DNA of 64,000 nucleotides. Origin: Camelus ferus (Eukaryota). Every line of letters begins with the position of its first letter. Within the stretch, counting starts at the first letter, position 1. Below the pieces are notes generated by a model. That model searched no databases. It was not told the DNA's origin and worked only from the letters and a program-made list of their open reading frames with translations. The translations under genes and the position numbers were made by a program. Shown here piece after piece: positions 14,025 through 26,810 of the stretch. The stretch covers positions 63,676,001 to 63,740,000 of the forward strand of contig NC_045707.1 of assembly GCF_009834535.1 (NCBI RefSeq), written 5' to 3'.

Positions 14025-14797
14025 TTTTTATTGAAGTATAGTTGATTTACAATATTAACATTAGTTTCAAGTGTGTAACATAGTGATAATATTTTCATAG
14101 ATCATATTCTATTTAAAGTTATTACAAAATAATGGCTCTATTTCTCTGTGCTGTATGATATAGCCTTGTTGCTTATCTATTTTAAACATAGCAGCTTCTG
14201 TATCCTAATTCCCTAACCCTATCTTGGCCCACTCCTCTCCCCACTGAAAACCACTAGTTTGTTTTCTTTATCTGTGAGTCTGTTTCTCTTTTGTCATATA
14301 CATCTGTTCAGCTGTATCGTTTAGATTTCACACGTAAGTGATAAAGTGTTTATCTTTCTCTAACTTATTTTACTAAGCATAACACTCTCTAGGTCCACCC
14401 ACATTGCTGCAAATGGGAGAGTTTCATTGCTTTTGGGGGCCGAGTATTATTCCATCGCGTGTGTGTACGTATCACAACTTCTTTATCCATTTGTTGTTGA
14501 TGGACACTTAGGTTGCTTCCATATCTTGGCAACTATAAATAACTGGGGTGTGTGTATCTTTTCAAATTAGTGTTTTCATTTTCTTCAGATATATACCTAG
14601 GAGTGGAACTGCTGGATCAGATGGTAGTTCTTTTCTTAGTTTTTTGAGGAACCTTCGTGCTCTTTTCCATGGTGGCTGCACCAGGCTCCACTTAGTTTTC
14701 AATGAGAATTATTCCACTATGCAGATGTATTTTTGATGTGTTTGTGGGGGAAGGTAAGTTCTGAGTCCTCCTACTCTGCCATCGTGACCTCCTCCCC
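14025..14797 (-). mobile_element. Internally deleted L1 (~110 bp of 5' end fused to ORF2 end and 3' UTR)
   Basis: Minus strand begins GGGGAGGAGGTCACGATGGCAGAGTAGGAGG (L1 5' terminus type), jumps near 14684 to TGGTGCAGCCACCATGGAAAA, and ends ACTTCAATAAAAA. Confidence 0.8.
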
Positions 14798-15087
14798 TCT
14801 GAGAAGAAGTTTTATGTCCTCCATTATTTGGCCCAAATTCACAACAATGCCAGTTTCCTTAGAGGGCTAGAGAGTCAGATAGAGGCTTTGCAGCTAGAAA
14901 GAGTGCCCAAATCACACTGCCAACGCTGCCCTAGGTGGCTCTATGTATTTTCACAGTAAGAATCTTTGCCACAAGCCTCTGATTTCTTTTTTGACCCCTA
15001 ACTCTGTAGCATTTACATTCACTTCTTAAATCTTATCAAGGCTTCATGTAACCCTCTCATGCATTTTCAAAATTAAGAAAAAATTAC

Positions 15088-15182
15088 CGATAAGACTTCT
15101 ATAATCTCTTAACCTCGAATTTCTCCTCTCTTGTTCCTCGCTGACAGATTTCCACTGTAGTTTCATCCTGAAGTATTCATCA
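15088..15182 (-). CDS. TBC1D15: TBC1D15 exon 11 (DEYFRMKLQWKSVSEEQERRNSRLRDYRSLI)
   Basis: 95 nt, ctatag| and |gtaatt, phase 2-1. Confidence 0.97.
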
Positions 15183-15739
15183 CTATAGAAAACAATTTTA
15201 CACTAAAGTTATTTGAACACTTTAAAAAAACTTTAATGTATCAAAGCATTTATGATGCTAGTGAGATGTAAGTTTATAAATATGATAGCGAAGTATTTAA
15301 AATTATGATAAATTAGTGGAAAAAAGAAAAAATAAAATAACCTTATATATGTCATAAACTTTAAACTACTAGAATAATTTAGGTATGATTTTAAGGAAAC
15401 ATTTACTTCAATCCTTAATATCATACCTAAAATTATTCTAGTCATTAAATATTTAAACCACTAAAATTTCTGAGTAACTACAAATACAAATCTACAAGAT
15501 TTTTTTTTATGACACATAAGAGCTCCATTTCCCAACCAGTTTATTGCAGACACTCAGTAATGTCAAAATGTCTCAGAAGGACTGGCAAATGTGTTGAAAA
15601 AAGAAAAGACTGAGAGTTTGAATATACAGATGATTCAAAGTGAGCTTTAAATCAAAAGCTAGACTGACAAACTGGGAATAAGGGTATCTGCAAAGTTGGT
15701 CTATATTTATTTTCAAGTCTGATAAATTACTTTAAAATA

Positions 15740-15826
15740 GAAACATACTTCGAAAAAAACAAAACAAAACTAGAAACATACTTCGAAAAAAAAAAAACAA
15801 AACTTCGAAAAAAAACAAAACAAAAC
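15740..15826. repeat. A-rich tandem repeat, ~3 degenerate copies of ACTTCGAAAAAAACAAAACAAA
   Basis: Direct reading. Confidence 0.8.
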
Positions 15827-16208
15827 GTAAGTTTATGTCATAAGAACACAGGAAAATAAAGATAATTAACCTAAACAGCAAATTCACTTATGAGCCATTT
15901 TTATAATTTCATAATAAATTGTAAAATCAATCAAGATGAATGAGATACATTAAAAAAAAAACTACCTAAATACATTTAAAATGTTGATACAAGGACACCA
16001 GAATTTTTTTTACCATCTTTCTACAAATTCACCAATGTAACTACAACGAGATCATTTTAAGTGTTTCTGGTCTGAAATACTACGGTGCTCATAACATTTA
16101 AATTCAAACAGTGAAAATTAAAAGATTTCCCATACCCTGGTCTACTCCAATTTGTATGGGTGAGTTACTTAGATTTCTCTGATGAACACACAAAAGACCA
16201 CTACTTAC

Positions 16209-16312
16209 GTTTTTTGTTTTTGTAACTGAGTTCTTTCCTCTTTGGTACTGTCCCAAGGAAAATAACCCAGAAGAAATTTCCATGCTTGTTTTCTCAATGC
16301 ATGACTAAGTCC
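16209..16312 (-). CDS. TBC1D15: TBC1D15 exon 10 (GLSHALRKQAWKFLLGYFPWDSTKEERTQLQKQKT), start of TBC domain
   Basis: 104 nt, cttcag| and |gtaagt; RxxxW TBC motif. Confidence 0.98.
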
Positions 16313-16421
16313 CTGAAGAAAATATGCATGTTAAACACACTCATAAAAAAGAATGCAATAGTTTAAGTTTGCAAAACTTGCATATAAACAGAAAAACCGA
16401 TATTTAAGGGAGAGTTTTACA

Positions 16422-16694
16422 ATCTTATGGTTACTGGAGGGAAAGGTGTGGGAATGGATAAATCTGGGAGTTCGAGATTTGCAAATATTAGCTACTATTT
16501 ATAAAAATAGATTAGAAACAAATTTCTTCTGTGTAACACAGGGAACTATATTCAATATCTTGTAATAACCTTTAGTGAAAAAGAATATGAAAATAAATAT
16601 ATGTATGCATAGGTATGACTGGGACACTATGCTGTACACCAGACTGACACACTGTAACTGACTACACATCAATAAGAAAGTTTTTAAAAACTAA
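16422..16694 (+). mobile_element. 5'-truncated L1 3' UTR with TSD
   Basis: CACAGGGAACTATATTCAATATCTTGTAATAACC motif; 11-bp TSD AGAGTTTTACA (16411-16421, 16695-16705). Confidence 0.85.
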
Positions 16695-16705
16695 AGAGTT
16701 TTACA

Positions 16706-17183
16706 CAGGCATATCTCGTTTCATTGCGCTTTGCTTTACTCCGCTTCTCAAATATTGCGTTTTTTATTAAATTGAAGGTCTGTGACAATCCTGTGTCAAG
16801 CAAGTTTATCAAGTGCCATTTTTCTAACAGCATTTGTTCACATCGTGTCTCTGTATCACATTTTGGTAATTCAGTATTTCAAACTTTTTCACTAGTTTTT
16901 TATTTGTTACTGGTAATCTGTGATCGGTGATCATTGTTGTTACTACTGTAATTGTTTTCTTGTGTTTTTTAATTAAAATATGTACTTTACTTATAAAATA
17001 TGTACTTTACTTTCTTAAGACATAATGCAATTGCACATTTAATCAATTTAATACAGGATAGTGTAAACACAATTTTTATATGCACTGGGAAATCAAAAAA
17101 TTCATGTTGCTTGCTTTATTGCAGTGTTCACTTAATTGCAGTGGTCTAGAACCAAACCCACAATTATCTCTGAGATTTGCCTA
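16706..17183 (+). mobile_element. Internally deleted Tigger1 with both termini
   Basis: Starts CAGGCATATCTCGTTTCATTGCGCTTTGCTTTA; ends GGTCTAGAACCAAACCCACAATTATCTCTGAGATTTGCCTA followed by TA. Confidence 0.85.
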
Positions 17184-17604
17184 TACATAAGAGTAACTCC
17201 ATTCAGTGAATACCACCTTGGTTTTGACTTTTAGATTCTGAAGATGTAGGCAGCTGACAGAAAGCTCAAACAATGAAGGGTATACAGTAGACTGTACAGC
17301 AGAAAGTGTAACTGATTTGATTAGTCTCTCTAAGCCCGATCTCTACTGGATAAGGCAACACCACTGGTACACAAATGCATCCTTCACGTACACAATCCAC
17401 AGGACCTCAGGTAAGGATGAATATCTACCCCCAGGCTTAATGGTATACCCCTCTAGCCCAACCCGTGGGGACATCACCAGCACCTCACTCTGTCCTACAG
17501 GGATTTTAAGGCATCACTTTTTTAGGAGTGCTCCTCTCCGACCTCCAAAGGAGAAAAGGAAGGAAAACTTGAATAACAGCAGTTTAAAATACTAACGCAT
17601 TTAC

Positions 17605-17733
17605 CCCTCTAAATATCATCTGCTTCATATTATCTACATTTAAAATTCTTCCTTCAGAATCAATGTTCTTAGTCCATTCTTCCAATGATACTGGCTCTCT
17701 CCTTTGAACAACAGGTCGTTCTCCAAAAACAAT
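17605..17733 (-). CDS. TBC1D15: TBC1D15 exon 9 (IVFGERPVVQRREPVSLEEWTKNIDSEGRILNVDNMKQMIFRG)
   Basis: 129 nt, tctcag| and |gtaaat, phase 0-0. Confidence 0.97.
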
Positions 17734-18789
17734 CTGAGAAGATAGGCAAAAAGAAGTACACTTTTAACAGGCAACATGAAATCAAGACATACAGAAAGTA
17801 AAACTAAAATATTATTACTTAGACATAAGTTCTAACATTTCGAATATCTTCTCTTATTTTCCAATGTTTAGTTTATTAACTGTAATAGTTAACATTACAC
17901 ACAATTCCCCTCCCCCTACTAAACACATAAATAACTGGGTTATAAACTCAGAAACAGAAAAGCATTTGCTATTTGGGGTTTCGATTACCAAGTATAGAAT
18001 ATTCAACATCTAAATTCTAAAAGAGACTCTTCAAACTAAATGGTATAGCTATATTATTAAAAAAGAGAATATTATTCCATTTATCATATTCTAAAATTAG
18101 CTTTTCTTCCAAGCTAAAACTTGTAGCTCTTAGAATTGATTCATGATCCATTAGCTCTACTTGACATTTTCTACAGTTTTTTATTCAATTAACAGATGTT
18201 GGTAATTTTAAAATGCCCTCTGCAAGATAAGCCCTTTAATTAGCTAGTACAATTTAGATATTTATAATGTTCTAACTATGTGCAGCCTAGAACTGCAGCA
18301 AATTCAAGTCCTGGTGAGCATATACAAAGATTTGCCATAATTCAAGGCCAAAATCCATCTTACTTAAAAAATAAAAGATTCACACAAGAATAAAAGCACT
18401 AGAGAAGTGTCCTGGTTAGCTGCCTTTGCAGACTGCCTGAGAAAACATAAAAATTAGGAAGAGCTAGGGAAAACATTCAGGCTTACTATTACTCACTGCT
18501 ATGCACTCAATGAAACAATCTGTTCATTATTATCAAAAAGTCATCAAAGAAAAGAGATCCAATGAACAGAAAAGTTACTGTAGTAATTAATGAACAAGAA
18601 ACCAAGAATTTGGTGGCAGGACAGCATTAGTTGTTAGATATATTAGTTAGCAAAAAGTTATAAAAAAGGTTTATGAGAAAGAGGCAGATTTAACCAAAAT
18701 GGAGTTTCTACTTCTACAGCATTCCGTACATGCTTAAAAAGCATTTCTCCTATTAAAATATATAAGCTATTAATATAAATACCACTCAC

Positions 18790-18987
18790 TCTTGTAACGA
18801 CTTCAAATCCTGGTTCTTCTTGTTGATTTATCTTTAAACCTGGAATAGCATCGCTTAGAAAATCTGCCATCTCTGAAGGTGGTCGCTGATGTGTAGAAGG
18901 ATCGCTGCCTCTCAAACTATCAAAAATGTAGTTTGTGACTTTGGAAAATCCTACCATAGTCGCTGTGTAAGGATCCTTTTTAATTTT
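18790..18987 (-). CDS. TBC1D15: TBC1D15 exon 8 (KIKKDPYTATMVGFSKVTN...QQEEPGFEVVTR)
   Basis: 198 nt, acatag| and |gtgagt; overlaps ORF 18658..18957. Confidence 0.98.
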
Positions 18988-19285
18988 CTATGTAGTAGGA
19001 AGAAAAATATTGGCATAATTAATTCAAATAACGAATAAAAATACTGCCTGATGGCAAAAGAGCAGACATTTTTTAAAAGAGGGGAAATCAAAACTAAAAC
19101 AGAGTGTTCTAAGATTAATTTTTTTTTTCTGAGAAGAAAAATTTAAATTTTCTAAGCCAATTTTTTCATTTGGTTAAAACAGTACACTAAATGGCAAGCT
19201 AATGCTACTGATTGAATTGCAGATAAACAAATCATTTGCAGGCTTCATTCAATCTGCATACACCAAAAATATATGCAGTGCTTAC

Positions 19286-19336
19286 TTTCCACTGGTGAAT
19301 GGCCCACAACAGCTTTCTTCTGTCTAGCAGTCCTGC
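19286..19336 (-). CDS. TBC1D15: TBC1D15 exon 7, 51-nt alternative cassette (AGLLDRRKLLWAIHQWK)
   Basis: Symmetric phase 0-0, gtaaag| and |gtaagc; matches the recalled 17-aa insert of the long human isoform. Confidence 0.9.
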
Positions 19337-20333
19337 CTTTACAAAAAAAAATATTTCTTGAAGTGTGTAGTACCACACTAGTCTAACACAAAATACTCGA
19401 TAGCTAAGTTTAAACACTCACAATATTTAAATATTAGTTGACATTTTAATCTAATTAGATAACCAGTGAAACATGTCAACAAGAGTAATTTGTTCTGGAC
19501 AATGCAGTCCTGGAAAACAGTTTAAAAAAAAGGTTTTTCTACTGCTAGAGTTATTTCTAAATTCCAAAGTATCTGCTTATTCATATTTAGCAAAAACAGT
19601 TACTTCTTAAAGGTCAATCTTTAAAATTATTATTTTCACAAATAAGAAAAACAGTTTCCTCATTTTTAATTTTAATCAGTATTTAGCTCTCTTGCCCTCC
19701 TTCCTAAAAAGTTCCCTCTTTATCTCCAGAACCAAGAAGACAGTATCTGGGACAAAGTAAGCACTCAAAACATTTGTTGAATGAATAAGTGAATATATGA
19801 ATGAAAAAACAACCATTGCATTAGTTTACATAGAAATCTGCGTGAAAAATAAATTAACCTTATTTCTGCCTGTAGTTAAGGGCACATTTTTTGCCAAATG
19901 CAAGAATATACTCAAATACTTTAAGAGGAATTAAGACTTTCATGACCCCAAATGAATACACTTAAACAGAAAATAAAAATTCAAACCAGCTTCTTGTCTA
20001 AGTTTATCATCAATGAATTCAAAGTGGCTTACCCAATGGACTTTTGACCTAATCAATGAAAGCTGTGATAATAAAAATCTGATGTCCAATTTCAGTTCTG
20101 ATAAAGGGGAAAATTGCCTTAATGGTAATTAAGAACCAAGAAGGCTTCTGAGTCTTACAAATAATATGATACATATTATTATTTCTACAAAATTACAGAG
20201 AATAGTTCCATGAAGTTTAAACACACACACACACCTCATTCTGTATAATCTCTGAGAAAATGAGAGGTAGAGGTATATAAAATAATGGGAGTCAGGTTAA
20301 CAGATTAATACAAGACAGACTTAAGAAACACAC

Positions 20334-20436
20334 TTGTATTAGTCCATACGCTGGCTCATCAAGAAGATTTTCAAAAGACTGTGAAAGACTCTTATTCTGA
20401 CAATTCACAAGAAGCGTCCTTTTGTCCTGCGGAGAT
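20334..20436 (-). CDS. TBC1D15: TBC1D15 exon 6 (SPQDKRTLLVNCQNKSLSQSFENLLDEPAYGLIQ)
   Basis: 103 nt, ttacag| and |gtgtgt, phase 2-0. Confidence 0.97.
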
Positions 20437-23400
20437 CTGTAATAAAAAGAAGGGATTTGTAGAAACTACTAACACGCTATCAGTCACTACCTAAATAATT
20501 ACTAATGCATAGTTATTTTTCCTTAATAACAACAAGAAAAATTTTAAATGCCCAGTTATAGAACTGTTTCCCATTAATACAATATTAGCAAGTACTTAGT
20601 AATTATCTTAAGTGAATTCCAAAACTACATGAAACATTAAACACTAATTTTTAACAAAAATAAAAGGGATGAAGTATATTTTTATTCAAGGTGAAGTCGA
20701 GGACTAAACTGTAATGAACCAAGACCCCCGTTCAGAATTACAGCAGAAAAGCCTTACAAATATATATTCCCTTATTACCATAAGATTATATCTCCTATCA
20801 TAAAGAAAGTCAAAACACACTTAAGGATTCCTCAGTATATATAATATGTAAACTATAGGAAGATGTCCTATTTTGAAATAGTTTCCAACTTCATTCCACA
20901 GCTTGGAAGTATTGCAATATAAAATGTTAAAAAGATAAGATATGATAGATTATTTGTTAAAGGTCATTAACTATGCTAACCACTATTATAAATACATGAA
21001 CATATTCCACAAGGTTGTAATGTACAGTTCAGGTAACAGCATGTTTTTAGATCTTGCTTATTAAGCTCTGGACACAATTCTCCCTATTTCCCAATAACTA
21101 CAGAATAAATAAAATGCTCTCCAAATGGACATCTGTCTAATGTGAAGTAATCAAATGAATTATCCAGTCTTTTTTCTATTCAGTAAGTTTTATAACTTAG
21201 TTAGTCAGCTGTAATAAATCCACAACTTTTGTGTTTAAAAATAAAAATTAAATGTATTATTTTGCTGCTATCAACTTCTAGTTTATTACAAATGTCTGAG
21301 ATAAGAACTTTAATAAAAGTTATCTCCTCTCAATTCTAACACAACAGGATGCAACAGCAAAGCTAGGGGGGATATGAAATCCAAAACAGGATTTTATTCT
21401 TAGTCAGAAACAGCACTCGATCTTCAGAGACAATAGTAGCTTAATAAGCCCCTTGGCTTCTTTAAAGAGCTGCGGTTGAGTCATTTGAAGTAGGAAAAAA
21501 AAAAATTACTTTTAAAACATTCAATTTCCATTAATCACCATTTTTCTGAATACTTTCTGAGGTCATGTTTAATATGAAGACCTACAGGTTCTCGCAAGGC
21601 ACTTCTTAATGACAGGTCAACTTTTAAAGGCAGCACCAGAAAAAGAAAAGTAATACATAGGAATATAGGAACGTATTTTTTTCCTAGCACAGTGCTGCTG
21701 GTGCTATGGTTATTATTTTTTCTTAACAATGAATTAAGTCAAAATTTTTCTTTAAAATCCAAATAAAAAATATTCATGAAAGTCAAAACACTAGGTATGC
21801 ATGTAGAAGGGGAACACATGCAGTCTTCAGTTATCTGTGCTCAGCTCACTGTTACGACTCCAGCTCTCAAACTATAGTCACCAAACTGGAGAGGGAAGAA
21901 GAAATGACTGTTCAACCAACCAACAACCACAGATACTTTTTTTTTTTTTAAAGGAAGGGTTTATTTTTTATACCTAATGCTCTTGTGATGAGGCTGGGGG
22001 AAGTCACGTAAGGCTTGGTTGCCCCTAAGGAAATCAACAAAGCATTTTTCAAAGTATTTCAGTAAGAGGACAAATAATATGTTCCCTAAGCAACTGCCGA
22101 GCTCACACGAGGGCTGGCACTCCAGAATATTGTTGCCTTTCCACCCGCCAGGTCATCACGTTGATTTAATCTGATAAGATTACATATTATGTATTTATAA
22201 ATATTATATTTATATATTCTGGGAATACCATGGATTCTAGGAAGTTGAACGCTCATGAAAACATTATTGAAGACTTTCAAACTCATTGCAGCAGTAAGAC
22301 AAAACTTTTAATAATGCTAACATCAGCAATTCTATTAGATCCTACTAAAAGGGCTTAAAGAAAACCAGAATATAATATCGAAACCACAGACTCATAACCA
22401 CTGAAAATTCAGAAGTAATTTTCAGGCTTGGAGTGAGTCTCTCCCAAAGGCCTCAGAATAAATTCAGAACTTTTAACAGCTGAACAAATGTTTGCATGTT
22501 GAGATGTAGCAGTAACTATCTTACATTGCTACTGAGAAGAGCAACATGCAAAGTTAAATAAATAAATAAAAATATCATTGCAGAAGATATAAATACAGAA
22601 AAAGTTAATAAAAAAATTAAAAGGTGCAAAATATTTACAACAAAGGGAATAAATGAGGGGCTAGAGCCTAATCTCGTAAATAGTTGGTGTTATATGATGA
22701 TATAATCGATTTGGCTTTTTAAGGAAATTTTTACTGCTTAGATATTTATATATTAATTTTAAAATGGCTCAAAATATACAAAATAATTTTAGCAGGCCCA
22801 ATAACCTTCATTCATATTCTAGCAACTATCTTGGTTCCAGAAACCTAACAAAAATATAATTATGGCTCATTCTTTAACTCAACTGCGTATCATGTTTTAC
22901 ATGGTGCTAAGTCAAAGAACACTAACAAACATCAATGAATAAGACAATGTGTTTTTCCTACTAAATAAAGAAAATCATTTGAAAAATAGTAAGTTGGTCA
23001 ATTTTGCGCTGACTAACCCAGCTGGTGAGGCTGAAAGAACTGTGCGTGGCTGGCCCAGCCTTTTCCTCGCTCCTTCAAGGCTGCACATTTGCAATCTCTT
23101 CATCTGTATGGTAAGGCCCTCAATTCATGGAGGCAGGTTACTAGGAAGACCACGTGGCCACAGATGTAAGCCACATTCTTCAATTTAGGCTAATCAGAGA
23201 AAAAAGATAACATGGTCTGATTCTGCCTCTACTAACGTTTTGAACTCAGAAGACAACAAGGAGGAGGACCCTGGCACAGACTGGCCAGCATCCCAGTGAG
23301 GCTGCTGAAACCCAGGTTCTCCTGGACTACTCTTCCTCCTTCTGGTCTCTACCACGATCTGTGACTCCAGGAACATGACCCTGGAAACATCATTTTGCTT

Positions 23401-24039
23401 AGGATAACTGCTTCAGAGACAGGAAATGACACCTAACAGAGTAAAAAATAGGGGAGATTTAGGGATTTTCATTTCTTTGGACATTAACCTAATTGAGAAT
23501 TCCATTTATTTGGATCATAAGTAATGAACATAAAGAACAAGAGCCTTTAATCTCTCTCTAAGAATCTGATAACGGGAAATGGCTTACACAAATTTGGGGC
23601 TTATTTTTACACTGATGACTTTATTTGGAGTATCCATATTCTACCACTTGGACTCAGGATATAATCTCTGGCGAGCTACACAGCACAACGTAACTGGGCC
23701 TAATTTATGATGGGAAAGAGAACAGGGAGTGCTTACTCTCTGCCTAGGGTACAGAGGGACTTTGGGGATAAAACAGTTGATGTTCTATTCTCACACATTT
23801 CAGACTACTCAGGGGGCAAAGAATAAACCGGCCCCTAGTGTCACAGGAGAAATACGCGATGGAGGAATGGCTGGTATTAGGGGTGCGGCTCTTGAAGGAC
23901 TCACTTCAGACAGCTATTTCCTCCCCCAGAAATAGCCACGTCCTTGGTTGACCATAAATCTGACAGCACGTAGTAGGAAGAGAGAAAATAACGTGTAGGG
24001 GAGTCAGAGTCCTCTGCCAGGTTTTTCTCTTTGACCAGG

Positions 24040-24390
24040 TCATTAAAGGCTATACTTAGACACATACTCACTTCCTGACCCATTTCGCCCTCTCCTCAGT
24101 TAATCTCATTCTCTCTCAGAGCTTCAATTACTCCTAACACACACATACACGCAAAAACTTACATACAACCTACTGCATGCTCTCATAGTGCTGTAGCTCT
24201 CCTAGTCACCTATTAGAGCTGAAAATTTACATTTATTTGTATAAGCACTGTTTGTCCTTTCCCACAATAGTACAAAATCCATGAAGACAGAGGCCATATC
24301 TTTTTGATCATCCCCCTCCTTTCCAGCACTTACTATGATGTCTAGGACACAGTAGGTCCTCAAAAAAAAAAATCTGTTGAATGAAAAAAC
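24040..24390. mobile_element. L2 3'-end fragment
   Basis: CACAGTAGGTCCTCAAAAA...TGTTGAATGAA terminus. Confidence 0.6.
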
Positions 24391-25029
24391 AAAGAACACC
24401 ATTCCCACAGCTTCATGTTTCCAAATGGAAATATGCATTTCTACTAAAGAAAATCTCCTTCAGAGACATATCTGGCTGCTGAGATCAGGACAGAATTAAG
24501 ACACGTGCTTGGCATAACCCCTTACAGGCTCTTTTGCTCTCTTGGATCTGTCTGCCAACAGAGAAGGTGGTTCTCGTCCTCTCTCATTCACGTCGTAAGT
24601 TGTCTGTGTCCTCACTAGGGAGACCTGTGGTTGTCCAAAGTGATAACTGGGCGACTTCAAAATTAATTTGGGGTGAATTACTATGATGCTACATATCTAA
24701 GCCTCACCAATAAGAATATTTTTACCACCATTTGTTTGATTCTTTTATTTACTTCTCACTTGTTTACAAACAGAAAAGGAAACAAAGTTTCACTTATAAC
24801 CTTCATTAAAATATCACCAACGCATATTTAAGGTACACATTCCCTTATAAGCACCTAAATGATTAGTCTATCTTTGAACCCATCCAGGACAGAAAACGTT
24901 CTTCCTCTTGAGTAATTTCCTTCTAATTTATATTTGGAGTCATAACCAAAAAAAAAAAAAAAAATCTAGTTTATTCCCTTTAATAATTCTTTCAAGATTA
25001 TTTGTAGAACTGATAAGCACCATGCCAAT

Positions 25030-25505
25030 TATTCACTTAACTAAGATTTAATGAACACATACTACGTGCCAGGCACTATAGCTAGGAATTTAGAAGAAAA
25101 TGTAAAGACAGATACAATCCCTGTCTTTAATGCGCTTACATTCTAGAGTAGAACAGAAAAGACAAAATGATTTTATTCTGTTAAGGGTCATGAAGGAAGC
25201 AAACAAGAGAATGAAAAACCAAAAGAGAATGGGGGTTAAATTAATCAGAGAGCGAGTACCCAGAAAAGCACCTCTGAAGAAGTGACACTAAACTGAGACC
25301 TGAGGGATCAGAAAGGGAGAAGAATATTCTAGGCAAAAGAAACATACACATATAGGACCAGAAGACAAGAAAGAGTTTAAACTTAGGGCATTTCAGGAAC
25401 TAAAAGAAAAGTATGTGGCTAGAATACAGAAGAGAGTGGCATGAGATGAAGCTTAAAAAACAGAGCTAAGACAGGGCATAGTAAGAAGTTTGGGTTTTAT
25501 TTAAT
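25030..25505. mobile_element. L2 fragment (opposite orientation to 24040-24390)
   Basis: ATTTAATGAACACATACTACGTGCCAGGCACT...CTGAGACCTGA. Confidence 0.6.
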
Positions 25506-26079
25506 GTTGTAAGTTAAAGTTAAATCCCCACGTCCCTCTAATGTTTTTCACGATACCACTTTGATCCCTCGCATTACAGCTTTTCCGTATAATACAGTTA
25601 GTCTAATACATCTAAAATGCAGTGTTTAAAATCAAATCTAGTTCTCCAAAATATGATCTTACCAGTGAAGAGTAGAGAAGGACTATTACTTCATTCTAGA
25701 TACTGTGCTTTAATCACAGACTCAGAATGAATGAGATCTTTTGTAACTGTTACATCACAATACTGATAATGAGCTTGCTATGATGCTAAAACTCCCAAGC
25801 CTTTCACAGCTGCAATTCAACAGCCAAGCCTTCTGCCCCAGTCATGGCAATGCTCCTCCTGAAATCCACTTAACCCCTTGGGTGGTAGCCTATTCACAGC
25901 TTTTCACTTCAAGACCCCAGGCCCACATACTACCAACCAGGGCTGACTTTCTTATGGTTACTGGTACTAGTCCACATGCCTAGTGCCAGCCAGAGGTGGT
26001 CAGCATGGTAAGGGAGAGAATTTCATGCCAGTAAACACACAGTCAAGATCTTCCAACTTCTGGATCACCCCCTCACTTT

Positions 26080-26810
26080 ATATAATCTATGTTTAGGTAT
26101 GACATCACTCTATTATAAAAAGTGAGGACATTATTAATGAAGTTAACAATCACTCTACAGTTCTCCAAACTAAAAATATCAACTTCTCCCGTCTTTCACC
26201 TCCATATAGCCAATCAATCACAAACTCTAAATACTTCTCCAGTACTATCTTTCCTGTCCCTCTCCTAGTTCATGCCACTGTAATCTCACCGAGATGACTG
26301 GAACAAGCTGCTGACACGATTTACAAGATCCTTCATGCTCTGGGCATTTACTCAACTCTTTGGCCTCAACTTTAAATTTGATACCCTCCCTTTTCCCACT
26401 ACGCAGACCTGTGATACTGAAATGCTGAGCTATGTGATTACATCACGTTTTACATCCTTCCCTCCATCTAAAACGTCTCTCCCTCTAAATATCCCCTTCT
26501 CTATCATGATAATTTTCACTCAATAGTTAGATCTCAACCTAGATGTTACTCCCTTCAGGTAGTCTTCCCTGACCTTTACCCAAGCCCAGTCCGAATGAAG
26601 TACCTTCCTCCATTACTGGGAACTTCCAAAGCACCTTGTACTTCCTCCCTCTTAGTTTCTGAGTGTTACTGCCACTTACTCGCTGGCATCTTTCGCAAGA
26701 TTAACTCTCAGATATCCAGGAACATGATATTTATTAGTGAACGATTAGTGAACTAACAACCAGCACAGTGCTCAGAACATAACAGATACCAAAAATATAT
26801 CTGTTGAGAG
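26080..26810. mobile_element. Degraded L2 fragments
   Basis: CCAATCAATCACAAA..., CAGCACAGTGCTCAGAACATAACAG...TGTTGA. Confidence 0.5.

Noticed and set aside
21539..21581. Possible 43-nt cryptic exon in intron 5 (tgtag|...ATG|gtgatt)
   Set aside because: Weak donor, poor pyrimidine tract, frame-shifting; no other support
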